From Cyanophora paradoxa CCMP329 (lineage: Eukaryota > Plantae > Glaucophyta): a stretch of 64,000 nt of DNA. Positions 1 to 11,494 of this stretch are shown one piece after another. A program made the translations under genes and the position numbers. The notes beneath the pieces were generated by a model. The model was not told where the DNA came from. It saw only the letters and a program-made list of their open reading frames with translations, and made no database searches. Each line of letters starts with the position of its first letter. Within the stretch, counting starts at the first letter, position 1. The DNA lies in the NCBI GenBank assembly GCA_004431415.1, contig QPMI01000631.1:1-64000 (forward strand), in the 5' to 3' direction.

Positions 1-56
1 TGATGCGATATAAACGCGGTTTATAAAAATTATCTCTCATTCTAATAAAGATACAA

Positions 57-619
57 ATGCCTCCCCAAACGAAAAGATAGGGATCCCAGCTGGGGCTGTT
101 GGCTATTCAGGTGGTGGAAACAGTGGATCTATTAACACTGAACCAATGAAATTCAATGGTATGAATGAAGTCCCCTCAACCCCAAGAAGAACCCCTTAAT
201 GCTGCCTATGAGGAATCAGTCGATGACAAAGCCCCAGTTCAACTGCTGACAACTCAACATCTCACCAGAAGCCTCAAAATGAAGCTGTTGCTGAGGGTGC
301 CAGGCGAATTATTGGTGCTGCTGATGATAAAGGTTTAGGCTTGCAAGATCTTCACTGGCTCGCAAAGGTGAGGGTCTTAGTAAGGAATCGACAAGGTAAT
401 CAGTCTATGGCTGGTGAAGTCACATACAAGACTGCTCCCACTCAAAATATTCATCGAATTCCCAAGGCTCAATGGGATGAGATGACTGCTAAACTCAAAG
501 ATCTGGAAGCCAAATCAAGTGCCTTGGAGCAGTATGTTACTGAGAAGAAAGAGAGAGCCAAGCTAAAGGAGATGCTTCGAAAGGAAGTTTATAAATGGGA
601 TCACTGGTGTCCCAGATAA
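57..619 (+). CDS. Hypothetical element protein with coiled-coil C-terminus; frameshifted 5' half
   Basis: ATG at 57 behind the element promoter-like motif. Reading continues by frame-hopping (MPPK..IGIPAGAVGYSGG..QEEPLNAAYEES..GARRIIGAADDKGLG) into ORF 341-619 (WDEMTAKLKDLEAKSSALEQY). May continue to ~1089. Confidence 0.45.
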
Positions 620-1094
620 ACAGTTTATTGCTAAGAAGAGAACCAAATCGATGAGCAAGCAGTAGATTGAAATGAAACAAAGACCCAGAAAGGAACCATT
701 GAACCTGGTGCCACCAAAGCTGAGTAGAAAGGGAGTTGCCCCCAAAAATATAGAAAGACGAGTTTGGCTTTAATTATCTCTGTTTCTATTAGAGACATGG
801 ATATAATACGAAAGTTTTCGAGATGTTCAGTCTGCATGTGGTGAGCAATTGCCACAGTGGATCGCTGTGAGACAAGAGTGGAGTTTTGAGATGTCAGATA
901 ATGAGGATAATGCTTCTGAAAGGCAAGAGAGAGAAGGAGATCAACAGTTTCTGTGGAGTCAATGCAAGCAGACCCACAGAGTATACATATGAGCAACAGG
1001 AGTATCCAAGGAGAAGTTCTTTACCTGGTGAAACGTTTTCTCAGCAAATATTAATGGAGGATACAATTAAGTTTGATCGAGTTTACTAGTGATG

Positions 1095-1268
1095 ACTTTA
1101 ACTGAGGGTGCTATTAGACACATTCTAGCAAAGCAGAAACGATATAGAGAGGACCCAGCATATAGAGAGTATAAGAAACAACAAGCCCTGGCATCCTATT
1201 ATCGCAGAAAAGCCCAAAAAGAGGAGAGAGACCCAGAGGGAGACCGATTAAATATTATTGCCTACTGA
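1095..1268 (+). CDS. Small basic protein, possible AT-hook in an alternative frame
   Basis: Manual translation MTLTEGAIRHILAKQKRYREDPAYREYKKQQALASYYRRKAQKEE... A shifted frame at ~1229 reads RPRGRPIKYY (AT-hook core). Confidence 0.45.
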   Translation, partial: TLTEGAIRHILAKQKRYREDPAYREYKKQQALASYYRRKAQKEERDPEGDRLNIIAY

Positions 1269-1444
1269 TAGTAGCAATGGACCCACAGGTCTATAAGATA
1301 CTTGAGAAAAAGCGTCTCAGTATGCTACTGAGGCAGCTATTAAAGTTTACAGACAGGAACTGGTGTTCGCAACAAAAAATGACTTAAGAAAAAGTAGATA
1401 GGTTGTATTGAGGAAAAATTATTTCGTATCTACTATTAAAGAGA

Positions 1445-1836
1445 ATGCCGAATATCCGCAAGATACTCACAGATGATGAAAAAGCAGAAAGCAACTGAGA
1501 AAAGGAGCAAGATGCCAAAGAAAACGCGAAGCCTATCATAAAAAGAAGGAGGAACGATTATCCCAAGGAGCGCTACAGTTCACACACCAGAAGAACTCAA
1601 AAGATGCCCTCAGACACCAGAGGAAATACAGGGAAAAATGAAGAATATCGCGAACAGAAAAAGGCGAAAGCGCTGGAATACTACCACAAGAAAACGAACT
1701 ACCAAGACACCCAAAGAGCATAAACCGGTTGGAAGACCTCGGAAATATATCGAAGAATAAATTCTCGATCGAAACAAATTTTGTAGAAATCGATTTGATC
1801 GGAGGCAAAAAAATGACAGCTTTCTTCCCTTTTTAA
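1445..1836 (+). CDS. Small K/R/E-rich basic protein, frameshifted
   Basis: ATG 1445 behind the same promoter-like motif. Fragments MPNIRKILTDDEKAE, RHQRKYREK, EEYREQKKAKALEYYHKK resemble the upstream small ORF. Confidence 0.4.
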
Positions 1837-1973
1837 AAACTGTACCTATATAATCGAGACAGTATCCCGACCCAAAACTACTTAAGGACTTGGCAAATAA
1901 TAGGTATATATAAAGACAATTCTCCTTCCGAAATTATTTTCTTCGTAAAGGTAGAAGTCCCCCAAAATCGAAA

Positions 1974-4547
1974 ATGAACAAAATCGAGAAAATCGCCACC
2001 CTGTTGAAAATGCTACATTCCTTAGTACTCTCATTGGTGATCGCAACAAGGTCACCCATGTATGATTTCTTGAAGATGCCTTGAAGCCATTGATAATAGC
2101 AAGGTTAAGACCTGGGCTGAATGCATTCAGCCTGAACAAGTCACCAGAGTTTACCTGGACCTGGATAAATTCGCTGATTTGAAGGAGAACATTGCTTGAA
2201 AACTATGCTGAGCTGAAACTGTTGTAAGAGAGATGAGAGATAAGCTATGGAAGCGATCTGGACCATTCGATTAACGATATTGCTGTTGCAGTTCGCCATA
2301 GAAGGGTTTATTTGATCAAGGAGGATGTCACCAAGTTCAAGATCTCAGCCCACTTATCATTAAATCGCTTGCATGCAAACATGAAGATATCCCAAGCTTT
2401 TCAAAGCTATGGGATTGGTGAAAAATGAGGATTATGACAGTGGAGTTTACAGCTCCACACAGAACCTTATCTGCCTCAATTGCTGCAAAGGTGAGACTCT
2501 GGATGCTCAAAATAAATCAAAGAAAGATGTTGATAAAAACGTTTGCTTTAAGAAATTCGTTGACTGTGACAAAGTGTTAATGCGAAATGAGGACTTCTTT
2601 GTATCTTTCTTCTCAGCTTCTACTAAACTTGTGATGAATCGAATATTTCTGCATTCGCAAATTATAGCCTGAGCCAAAACCAGTTAAAAAGGAGCCAAAA
2701 AGTGATAAAGTGAAGACTGAGAAGGTAGAAGCTGAAAAAGACACTGAACCGAAAATCCTGTTACTTTCGAACTGCTACAAAGTGTTATAATGGGTCTCAA
2801 TGCTGAAAGAGCCAGCGAGTATAAGACTTGGATTGATGTTGGACTGGTCATCATCAATGTTGGGGAAGACAACAAATTTACCCTAAAATGCAGGCTGAAC
2901 TCTTCCACCAATTCTCAGAACAGAGTGACAAGTATGATTATGATGAATGCCAGGAAAAGTTTACACAGCTTCGCAGAAGCAAGAAGAAGGCTGAGCCTGG
3001 CAAAGTGTTGACCTTCAAATCCTTGGTTTATTGGTTGAGCAAAGATAACAATGAGCTTTTCAAGGAACTCTTCCCCAAAAAGTATGCATTCCTACCAGAG
3101 GACACAGATGAAATCGATTACAAGACTGCAAGTATCCTCCTTTGGCTGAACATTACAATGTGCATAAGAGGTATTTCAATGCTCGCATGCATCATGTTGA
3201 AAATGTTGGTTGTGTGATGCTCTGGGATGAACAACTACTTTGCTGGATGCCCAAAGACATTGGAAAACTGTCTACAAAGCATTTCCCCCACTTGATGCAT
3301 AAGGTGATTGTGAATGAGGGGACAGATAATGAGAAAGAGAAATGGGAGCAATCATTTAGGAAATGGATTGTGGATCCAACAGCCACAAGATCAACTTACA
3401 TGGATTTCCTCCACTCCTGCTACTCTCAGTGCAAAATGCAAGTCTGTATTTAATCTCTATCCAGGAATGAAGGTCGACCATCAGCAATTCGAAAATGCTC
3501 CAGAGGATGTAACTGCTGAGATGATTAAGCCTTTCCTTGATCACTTGTTCTTAATGTCTGGTGAGGATCAAAATACCTATGAATATCTGTTGAAATGGTT
3601 TGCCCACATGCTGCAAAGCCTGGGGAACTCAATGGAGTATCCTTAATCTTCATTGGTGAACAGGGAACTGGTAAGAATGTGTTGGTTTGATACTTTCCAA
3701 AAGAAGATACTTGGAGATGCCCTGAGTTATGCAACTGGTAAGCCAAAAGAGATCTGTTTGGTCGATTTGCCCACAATAGAGAGGATAAGATCTTGATTGT
3801 TTGAATGAAGCCTCAGGCAAGGACACATTCGAAAATAATGATATGCTTAAAGATCTCATTACTTCTGATAAGATTGTTATTGAACACAAAGGGATAGATT
3901 CATACACAAAAGCAACTTTGCCAGGATTATATCACCAGCAATAACAACATTCCAGTTAAAATTGAAGCTGGAGATAGGCGATTTGTGGTTGTTGAAGTTA
4001 GTAAGAAATTCGCAAAGGATAGGTCATACTTCCTTCCACTTGTAAAATGGCTTAATGATCACTGCAATATTCGAAACATTGCCCACTATTTGAGAACCAA
4101 AGTTGAATGTGAGGATGTGAACTGGATTGCTGATAGACCCCTTACAAATAAATACTATTTAGCCAGCAGGTGTGCGCTCCAATCATCCTTATGTTCACTA
4201 AGTGGCTTGTGGATCGAGGCTTAATTTCCGAGAATAAATGCAAGTCTGGTAGCCTTGTGGAAACCTGGAAATGGTTCCAGGAGTTCATTACCAGCAATAA
4301 ATATAAAAACGATTATAATAGTCGCAGATATTATACAGAAATGCGAAGTGTTACATATATCCAAGTGAAAACTACAAATGGTAAACAATACTATCATTTC
4401 CTATTCCCACAAGTATTTGAGGAATTCAGAAAGATGAAGCTTGTAGATGATGAGACCATTGAGGAAGAAGCTAATCCAAGGATGAAACAAGAACTACCTG
4501 CTGCTGATCCTGATGCATCAGATTATGACTCTGATGTTGAAGTTTAG
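1974..4547 (+). CDS. D5-like primase-helicase: AEP primase + PriCT-2 + SF3 helicase (multiple frameshifts in this sequence)
   Basis: AEP motifs RVYLDLDK (~2146-2170), KISAH (~2339-2353), DYDSGVYS (~2430). PriCT-2 EYKTWIDVGLVI..LFHQFSEQSDKYDYDECQEKF..LTFKSLVYW (2790-3040). Walker A GEQGTGKN (3655), Walker B ILIV-NEA (~3790), motif C ITSNNNIPV (3931), GDRRFVV (3970). Split over at least 8 ORF pieces. Confidence 0.9.
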
Positions 4548-4555
4548 GTTTACTC

Positions 4556-4738
4556 AAAAGTGGACTCACAGTTGACTCAAATTTATCATAAAAGACCCAA
4601 ACAGTCTTTTATTTATGGTTTATTTATCGATTAGGTTGACTAAGTGGGGGGAGTTGACTCATTTTTTCACAGATTCTAAAAGAGGACTCTGCCCTAAAAA
4701 GAAATAAAAAGTGCCTCAACTCCACCACTAAGTCAACC
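4556..4738. promoter_or_regulatory. Origin-like iteron module, copy 1 (inverted 25-bp arms around an AT-rich spacer)
   Basis: GGTTGACTAAGTGGGGGGAGTTGAC (4634-4658) and its imperfect inverse (4714-4738) lie immediately downstream of the helicase stop. The left arm is the exact reverse complement of 10926-10950. Function is inferred. Confidence 0.6.
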
Positions 4739-4789
4739 AAAAAATGATTTAAGAGATAGAAAAATATATTTATATGTAACTAGTAAGAA

Positions 4790-5194
4790 ATGGCTGGAAC
4801 AGATCATGATTCTGGATCGATCTATATGATTGAGAGTCAGGAAATGAACAAAGTCTACATAGGAAGAACCTCACAGCCACTTCAAAAAAGATGGAGACAA
4901 CACAAATCAGGTCAAATGCCATCTACAGCAGACCTATGCAAGGCTTCTGATGTGAAGTTCTCAGTCCTGTATTCAAGTAAGAAGGGTGGGCATGAAGACC
5001 TAATGAACAGAGAAGCATATTACATGTATCTCTTTGAACCTTGGATAGTCAATTTACAAAAACCGAAATCCCGATTTAGGATTAATAGGTTTTTGCGATT
5101 CCATTCAGAGGAAGCCAGTGATCCATTAAAACATTTTAAATTGCGTTTAGAACATCCTAAAATAAAATATCCCCTTAGAATAGGAACAAGTTAG
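4790..5194 (+). CDS. GIY-YIG endonuclease
   Basis: GSIYMI-x8-VYIGRT, conserved Arg (KRWRQH), Glu (NREAYY) and Asn (IVNL). Confidence 0.9.
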   Translation: MAGTDHDSGSIYMIESQEMNKVYIGRTSQPLQKRWRQHKSGQMPSTADLCKASDVKFSVLYSSKKGGHEDLMNREAYYMYLFEPWIVNLQKPKSRFRINRFLRFHSEEASDPLKHFKLRLEHPKIKYPLRIGTS

Positions 5195-5199
5195 GAATA

Positions 5200-8100
5200 A
5201 TGCCCCGAATTACCAACAAACTCATAAGGGAGAAGAAATGGGAACTCATGGGATTGCTGGGAACACTTTATGCAGCCATGAAATTACAGAGGCTGAATAT
5301 GACCGGGAAATAGATTTAATTGCAAAGGGCAGACCCACTTTAAGCAGATTAACCAGAAAAGCAAATAACCTATATGATAAAATTGAAACCTTGGATGAAT
5401 TGGATAGGCTTAGGCAAATAGAACCAGATGCAGAAGATGGAACAGCCATGAATGAATTATATCGCTGGCTCACTTACAGAGCCAGAAGGGAAGTTGTTGT
5501 AGATGTGATTGAATTCCTGGATAGAATTGCTACATCCTTCCAAATCGATTAAAGCAGGGTTTAGATCAATTCAGGGCAATCAAGGTTCGCTTGTCTTTTA
5601 TCTGCAAGTTCGTTAAAGTGAGCAATCCACAGGTTTGGATATCGAAATACATTTACAGTGATTACTTTGTATTAACCAGGTCGAGAAATATTCGAACTGA
5701 GCTGAATAAAGCAGCCCAAATGTGTCAGGAGCAGATGAATGTGGTTGATAGCTATCGCTTAGAAAGAATTGAAATACTCAGAGTGGCTATTATGAGTTAT
5801 GCTCCAACTGGTGGATGCTTTCTACAAACCCCAGAGTGGATTGCTAGGAAGAGAGCCACAGTAAATATTCGAAATATTGATGATTCCTGCTTCGAAAATG
5901 CAATTTTGGCATATATTCACAGAAAAGCGATAAACTCCCATAAGAGGAATGAGCTTTCACAATATCGCAAATGGAAATACTCAGCAATCGCTTATAATCC
6001 GCTGGCTCTCAATTTCGATAACATCCATTCCCTGTTGCCTGTGATGCTGATATTATTGATAAATTCGAGGCTCAAAATGCAGGCATTAGCATTAATATAT
6101 TTGGAATCGATGGAGAGGTTATTTATCCCTGCATCAATCAAGTAACCCAGGCAGAAAGCATAAGGTTAATCTCATGCTGATATTTGATGATGAAGGGAAT
6201 GGTCACTATATTACAATCATGTCCCTTTCAAGGCTATTGAAAGTAAACCATGAAACATACAATGATCAGAAGTTACACTACTGTGACACATGCTTATCTC
6301 GATTCAGGTCTGAGGCTAAACTCACTGCTCATGTGGACTCAAACAGATGCATTGATTGGAGACTCTCAAAGGGAATCACACCAAAACCTGAGACCACCAT
6401 AGAGTTTGGACTGAAAAACCTCAGGAAAACTGTTTGGCTTCCTGTTGTGGTTTACTGCAAGATTGAACATAGAAGCATCCCCATTGATGCATCGAAATCC
6501 AAGAGGGAAGTCTCAGCAGTCAACATTAGAATAGTCACTGGGGCAGATGTTCAGGAGTTTCGATTTGAGGGTCAGGATCCAATGGGAGGTCTGTTTGAAT
6601 GCTTGGAGTCCAAAGCAAGAGAGCTAATCGATTTCCTGTTCACCAATATTCCCATGAATGAACTCACAGATGAGCAAAAGGCTATTTACAGAGCTACCAA
6701 ACACTGTTACCTTTGCAGTGAGAGGTTCACCAAGGAAAACTTCAAATGCAGGGATCATGATCACCACACAGGTAATTACATTGCACCTGCATGCAGAAAC
6801 TGCAATCTCCATAGGAGAATCTCAAAGCAAACAAAGTAGCAGTGGTTGTTGACCAAATGGATGACTGTGGGACATTCATTTTCAGAAAAATAGCAGGCAT
6901 GGGTGATAAAAAGCGAATCGAAATCCTTTCGAAAAACTTTGATCAATACCTTTCATTGCAATGGGGTCTTTACAAGTTCATTGATGCAAGTAATTTTATG
7001 GACTTTGGGGCTGCTGATGTAGATGAGTTAATGAGCAAATTCCAGGCTTTCAGAAGGCTTTCACACTCAGTATATGGATTGGACCCAGTTCATTATGTAT
7101 CTGCACCTGGGTTATCTTGGGATGCTATGCTTAGGACCACCAAGGCAAAAATAGAGCTTATAAGTGATGTAGAGCAATACGAATTTGTTGAGAGGGGAAT
7201 CAGGGGTGGCTTTGCAACAATGCCTTGTAGGTATGCTGAGGCTGATGGTGAGAACTCCCATATAATGCTGTTTGATGCTAACAACTTGTATGGCTACTGT
7301 TTGAGTCAGCCAATTCCAGTTGGTGATTTTAGATGGGAGACCGAATTCAACCCACAAGATAACAGATCCAGTTTCCTAGAAGTTGATCTGGATTACCCAA
7401 TTAGGCTATATCTAGACCACAGTGATTTCCCCCTAATTATTAACAAGAAAATAGTAGAATATGCAGAATTATCACAATATCAAAAGAGCCTATTAGATCT
7501 CTCAGGAGAAGAGCTTGATAAAACCCCAAAGCTAACTGCAACCTTTGGTTCTGTGACAAACTATGTGATTTCTGAGCCTCTCCTACAGTATCTGTTGGAC
7601 AAAGGGGTGAAATTAAAGAAAATTCACAGGGTCCTATCATTTACTGTGGCTCCTGTAATGAAACCCTATATTGAACTGAACACTGAGATGAGAAGGAAAG
7701 CAGTGAATAAATTCGAGGCTGATTTCTATAAGCTCATGAATAATTCAATCTATGGAAAATGCATTGAATCTTGCAGAGGTAGATCTGTGGTTAAGATTGC
7801 AAACAGTGAGAAACTGTTTATGAAATATGCAGCCTCCCCATTGGTGAAATCAACCAGCCCCATAAACGAAAAAGCAGTTGCCTTTGAGTTTTACATAAAG
7901 CATGTGAAGCTAGATAAGCCAGTTGCTATTGGGGCTTATGTTCTGGATGCAGCCAAACTGCATAACTACAAGTTCTTCTATGATACTGTAAGGTCCCAAT
8001 GGACAAAAGCAAAGTTACTATTCCATGATACTGACTCCTTTTGTCTATATATCGAATCTAAGACCCTACAAAAAGATATAGAGAATATATCCTATGCATT

Positions 8101-8440
8101 AGACCTTGGAGGTGATTCCAGAATGACCCCAGGTAAATACAAAAATGAAATGCCTGGCTCTGCTATATTGGAGTATGTGGGTCTGAGAGCTAAAGTTTAC
8201 AGTTTCAGAACTGCTGAGATTGAGAGGAGTAAGCTCTCTGGGACTTCAACTGAGGAACTCCAATTTAATGATTTTAAACAGTGTTTATTTGCAGGTATCA
8301 GCAAGACTGTGACTGCAAAGCAGAAAAGAAGGGCAGATCACACAATAATAGACACTGTGAGTAGAAGGGTTGCCCTAAACTGCTTTGATGCAAAGAGATA
8401 CATCTTACCAGATGGTATTAATTCTGTTCCTTTTAATTAA
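5200..8440 (+). CDS. polB: Protein-primed family B DNA polymerase (Polinton type) with C2H2 finger, EndoVII-like Zn insert and degenerate exonuclease; frameshifts near 5255, 5552, 6040 and 6835
   Basis: N-terminal GGCFLQTPEWIARKRATVNIRNIDDSCF, C2H2 CDTC..H, CYLC..RDHDHHTG..ACRNCN, YGLDPVHYVSAPGLSWDAML, GIRGG. Motif A DANNLYG, motif B KLMNNSIYGK, motif C HDTDS, GLRAKVYS. Long A-B and B-C spacers are typical of pPolB. Start at 5200 is inferred; the core 5591-8440 is secure. Confidence 0.93.
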
Positions 8441-8443
8441 GAG

Positions 8444-9828
8444 ATGCCAGCAACTGGAAGAATAGTTAGGAGAACCACTGAGCAACTACAAGGTAACCTA
8501 CTGCCTATCACAGTTCCCAAGGAGGAAAAGGGAGAATCTCGAATTGTAAAAAAGTCAGAGATGAAAGAGCTTGTCCCAGTAGAGATCCCAGTTGCTATTG
8601 CAGTGAAAGAAACCAGCAAGATTGCCAAGAGATTCTATGATGTGAGAACTGGTTACAAAGGGCTTCAAGCTATGAGGGCTGAGTTACCTGATGAATCCTA
8701 TAAGCAGTTGCAAGAGTTCTATAAAAACAAGAAGTTGTTCAGATCAATGCACCTGCTATATCTAGGAAGAGAGATCCCATGGTCCCAATTAGGCAACCCC
8801 TTGATACCTATGTGATTGATTTGCTCTTTTTCCCAGCTTATAAGAAACAAAACAATGGCTATGATACCTTTATGACTGCAATGGAATCTACACTGAGAAC
8901 TGGGTATATCATACCTATAAGGGATAAATCAGCTCTCACTACATTAGCTGCATTTAAACAGCTTGAAATGAGAGTGGCAAGACCCATAGTAAAAGTTCAA
9001 TCAGATGCTGGGAGTGAATTCCAAAATCGAATATTCCAGGAGTATTTATCTAGTAAATTCATAGAACACCAAGTGAGTGGAACTGCAGACCACAGAAGCC
9101 AAGGTCGAATTGAAGCCTTTAACAAGCAGATTAAGAGACTGATCACAAACTACTGCATAGCTAATAACACAGCTAGATTCTTTGATGTGTTAGGTGATAT
9201 TGAGTATAATTACAATAATACAGTCCACTCAGCTACTAAGATGAAACCAGGCGAAACTACAGAGGAGCATTATAGGTATATAGTGGGATTAGAAGATGAA
9301 AGATTCAAGAAATCAATAGCTTACCTTGATACCATGCAGCCTGGCATGTTTGTTAGAGTGAAAGTTGAGAAGAACCCCTTTGCTAAACAGGGTAACAATT
9401 GGTCTAGGATGGTTTACACTGTTGATAGTAGGGAAGGCTTTAAGTTTAAGCTAAGGAGTCCCACTGGTGAGATCATAGAAAACAGGTTTGCTTTCCATGA
9501 GCTGTTGCCTGTGAATGCAGTTGAATATCTAGAAACCCCTACAGTGGATGCCTTGGAGCAAGCTAAAGAGGAAGCCAGGGCTGATGCTGCTATAAGGAGA
9601 GAAGGCATAGAAGCTGCTAATGAAGTCCCAGATAAGCCTTTGATAGAGGCTAGAAAGGAGAAGGCTGGGAAAGTTAACAGGGAACTCAAAAAGCTCACCA
9701 TAGCAGGGACACAGAAACTTTCAGAAGTGAATAGCCAGAGATGGTATAATGACTTTCAGACTACTAAGGAGTCATATACAGCTCCTAAACCTCAAAGAAC
9801 ACTAAGAGAAAGGACCAAAACTAGCTAG
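8444..9828 (+). CDS. int: Retroviral-like (rve, DDE) integrase of Polinton type
   Basis: Catalytic triad YVIDL / QSDAGSEF / GRIEAFNK, YNNTVHSATKMKP, and an SH3-like C-terminal domain. One base missing in the A-run at ~8723-8727 would join ORF 8444-8815 to ORF 8779-9828 (FYKKQEVVQINAPA). No chromodomain. Confidence 0.93.
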
Positions 9829-10199
9829 TTTGCTAGGCAAAAACTCGTTTTTTCCAAATATATGTATGACTGATATACATATATGCATATGATATACACA
9901 TAGTCTTGTAGATCTTATCAAGCGCTTCACAGCGATATGCAGAACGTTGCGTTTTGATGATCTGGTGATGAGATATAACAGTTTGAAGATGCAAAAGTCA
10001 CTTGCCATAGTAGACTTGGTGAAAGACTAGCCCAGGAGTCGACTCGACGGTAAGCCGTTTTTGGCTCAGAGAATAGAGCGCTTGATTTCTGACTCCAACC
10101 TACGCGGTTCAAATCCGCTCGGGAACCTTTACTTCGTTCGCCGTGAAACTTGAAAAGTAAAAAAAAACGCGGTTTTTTCTAGATTAATGCTGTACCCGT

Positions 10200-10720
10200 C
10201 TAGAAAATCAATATTCACGTTTGCTACGATATCTCAACACCAACTTATCAAATCGATGCGCTTAAAACGTCATAAAATCGAGCATTTCAAGGCGGTCACA
10301 GCGCTTATGAGCCATATCGGAATTTCACTAACTGTAACTCCAAATCGCGATGAAACCGATTTTGAATTTTGATTTTAAATTCGATTAAAATCCATTAAAC
10401 GTGAGTTTTTAATATAGATCACTAGGAAGTTATCAAATCGATGCACTGACGGTCGAATATAATCCCATATATCATACATAACAATAACTTGCAATCACAT
10501 ATACGAATCGCAATGTGTATAGATCGCTATTACGATTAAAGCGAGTTTTGAAAATTCAAAACTAATTCGATTAAATTCGATTATAACGAAAGAGTTAAAG
10601 ATCTACATCAAATACTTATCAACTCAATCACCTGATAACATCGAATAATCAACCCAAATCTACTTTAGAGATAATCGTGATTACATATGTGAAATCATCA
10701 ATCTAACACTGCATTTAGTA
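10200..10720. repeat. About three degenerate ~185-bp tandem repeats in the element terminus
   Basis: TTATCAA(A/C)TC(G/A)AT anchors at 10245, 10430 and 10616. TTTTGAA..AATTCGATTAAA anchors at ~10360 and ~10545. Confidence 0.65.
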
Positions 10721-11480
10721 AGCATCTCCCCTTGATTCCCCCTATTATATTATATTTATATTTAAGTGGACTCAAGGTTGACTCATATTAATCGTAAAAG
10801 TAGTAAAAGTATATGGATTTTGTTACGAATTCAATGCAAGGGTTGACTAAGTGGGTTGAGTTGACTCAAATTTCACAGGAAATATTTGGGACCTAAAGTT
10901 TTCTAAAAAGGATTTGAAAAAATGTGTCAACTCCCCCCACTTAGTCAACCCTGACCATAAACAGTAAGGATTTGAGCTAACAAGTATCACAAAGTGAACA
11001 TTTTGAGTCCACTTAGAAGATCCACCTAACAATTTAGAGTCAAATTTACTTGGGAATTCGATTTGTATGAAAAAGTGAGTCCACCCTGACCATATTCAAT
11101 AAGCATTCCTCTTAATCCCCTTGTTTATATTTACATTGATTAATATTTAATACTAAGTGGACTCATGGTTGATTCATATTAATCGTAAAAGGAGTAAATG
11201 TATATAAAAATGTGACCATTTCAATGCTAAGGTTGACTAAGTGGGTTGAGTTGACTCAAATTTCAGAGGAAATTTTGAGATCCAAAGAATATTCTATAAA
11301 AGATTTTGAAAAATGTGTCAACTCCCCCACTTAGTCAACCCTGACCATATACAGTAAGCATTAGAACTTAAATGTATCACAAAGTGAACATTATGAGTCC
11401 ACTTAGAAGATCCACTTTTGAAATATAAGTTGATTTTGCTTGAAATTTCAAAGTTGATCTAAAAGTGAGTCCACCCTGAT
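10717..11480. repeat. Two ~390-bp direct repeats, each containing the origin-like iteron module (copies 2 and 3)
   Basis: TAAGTGGACTCA at 10763/11154 and AAGTGAGTCCACCCTGA at 11073/11463. Inner inverted arms at 10841-10865/10926-10950 and 11231-11255/~11317-11340. Outer inverted pair at 10763-10775/11003-11015. Confidence 0.9.
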
Positions 11481-11494
11481 TGATTATGGTAACA

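Noticed and set aside
6830-6845. Stop-codon readthrough or programmed frameshift in polB
   Set aside because: The flanking ORFs are in different frames, there is no clear slippery site, and similar indels occur throughout the element.
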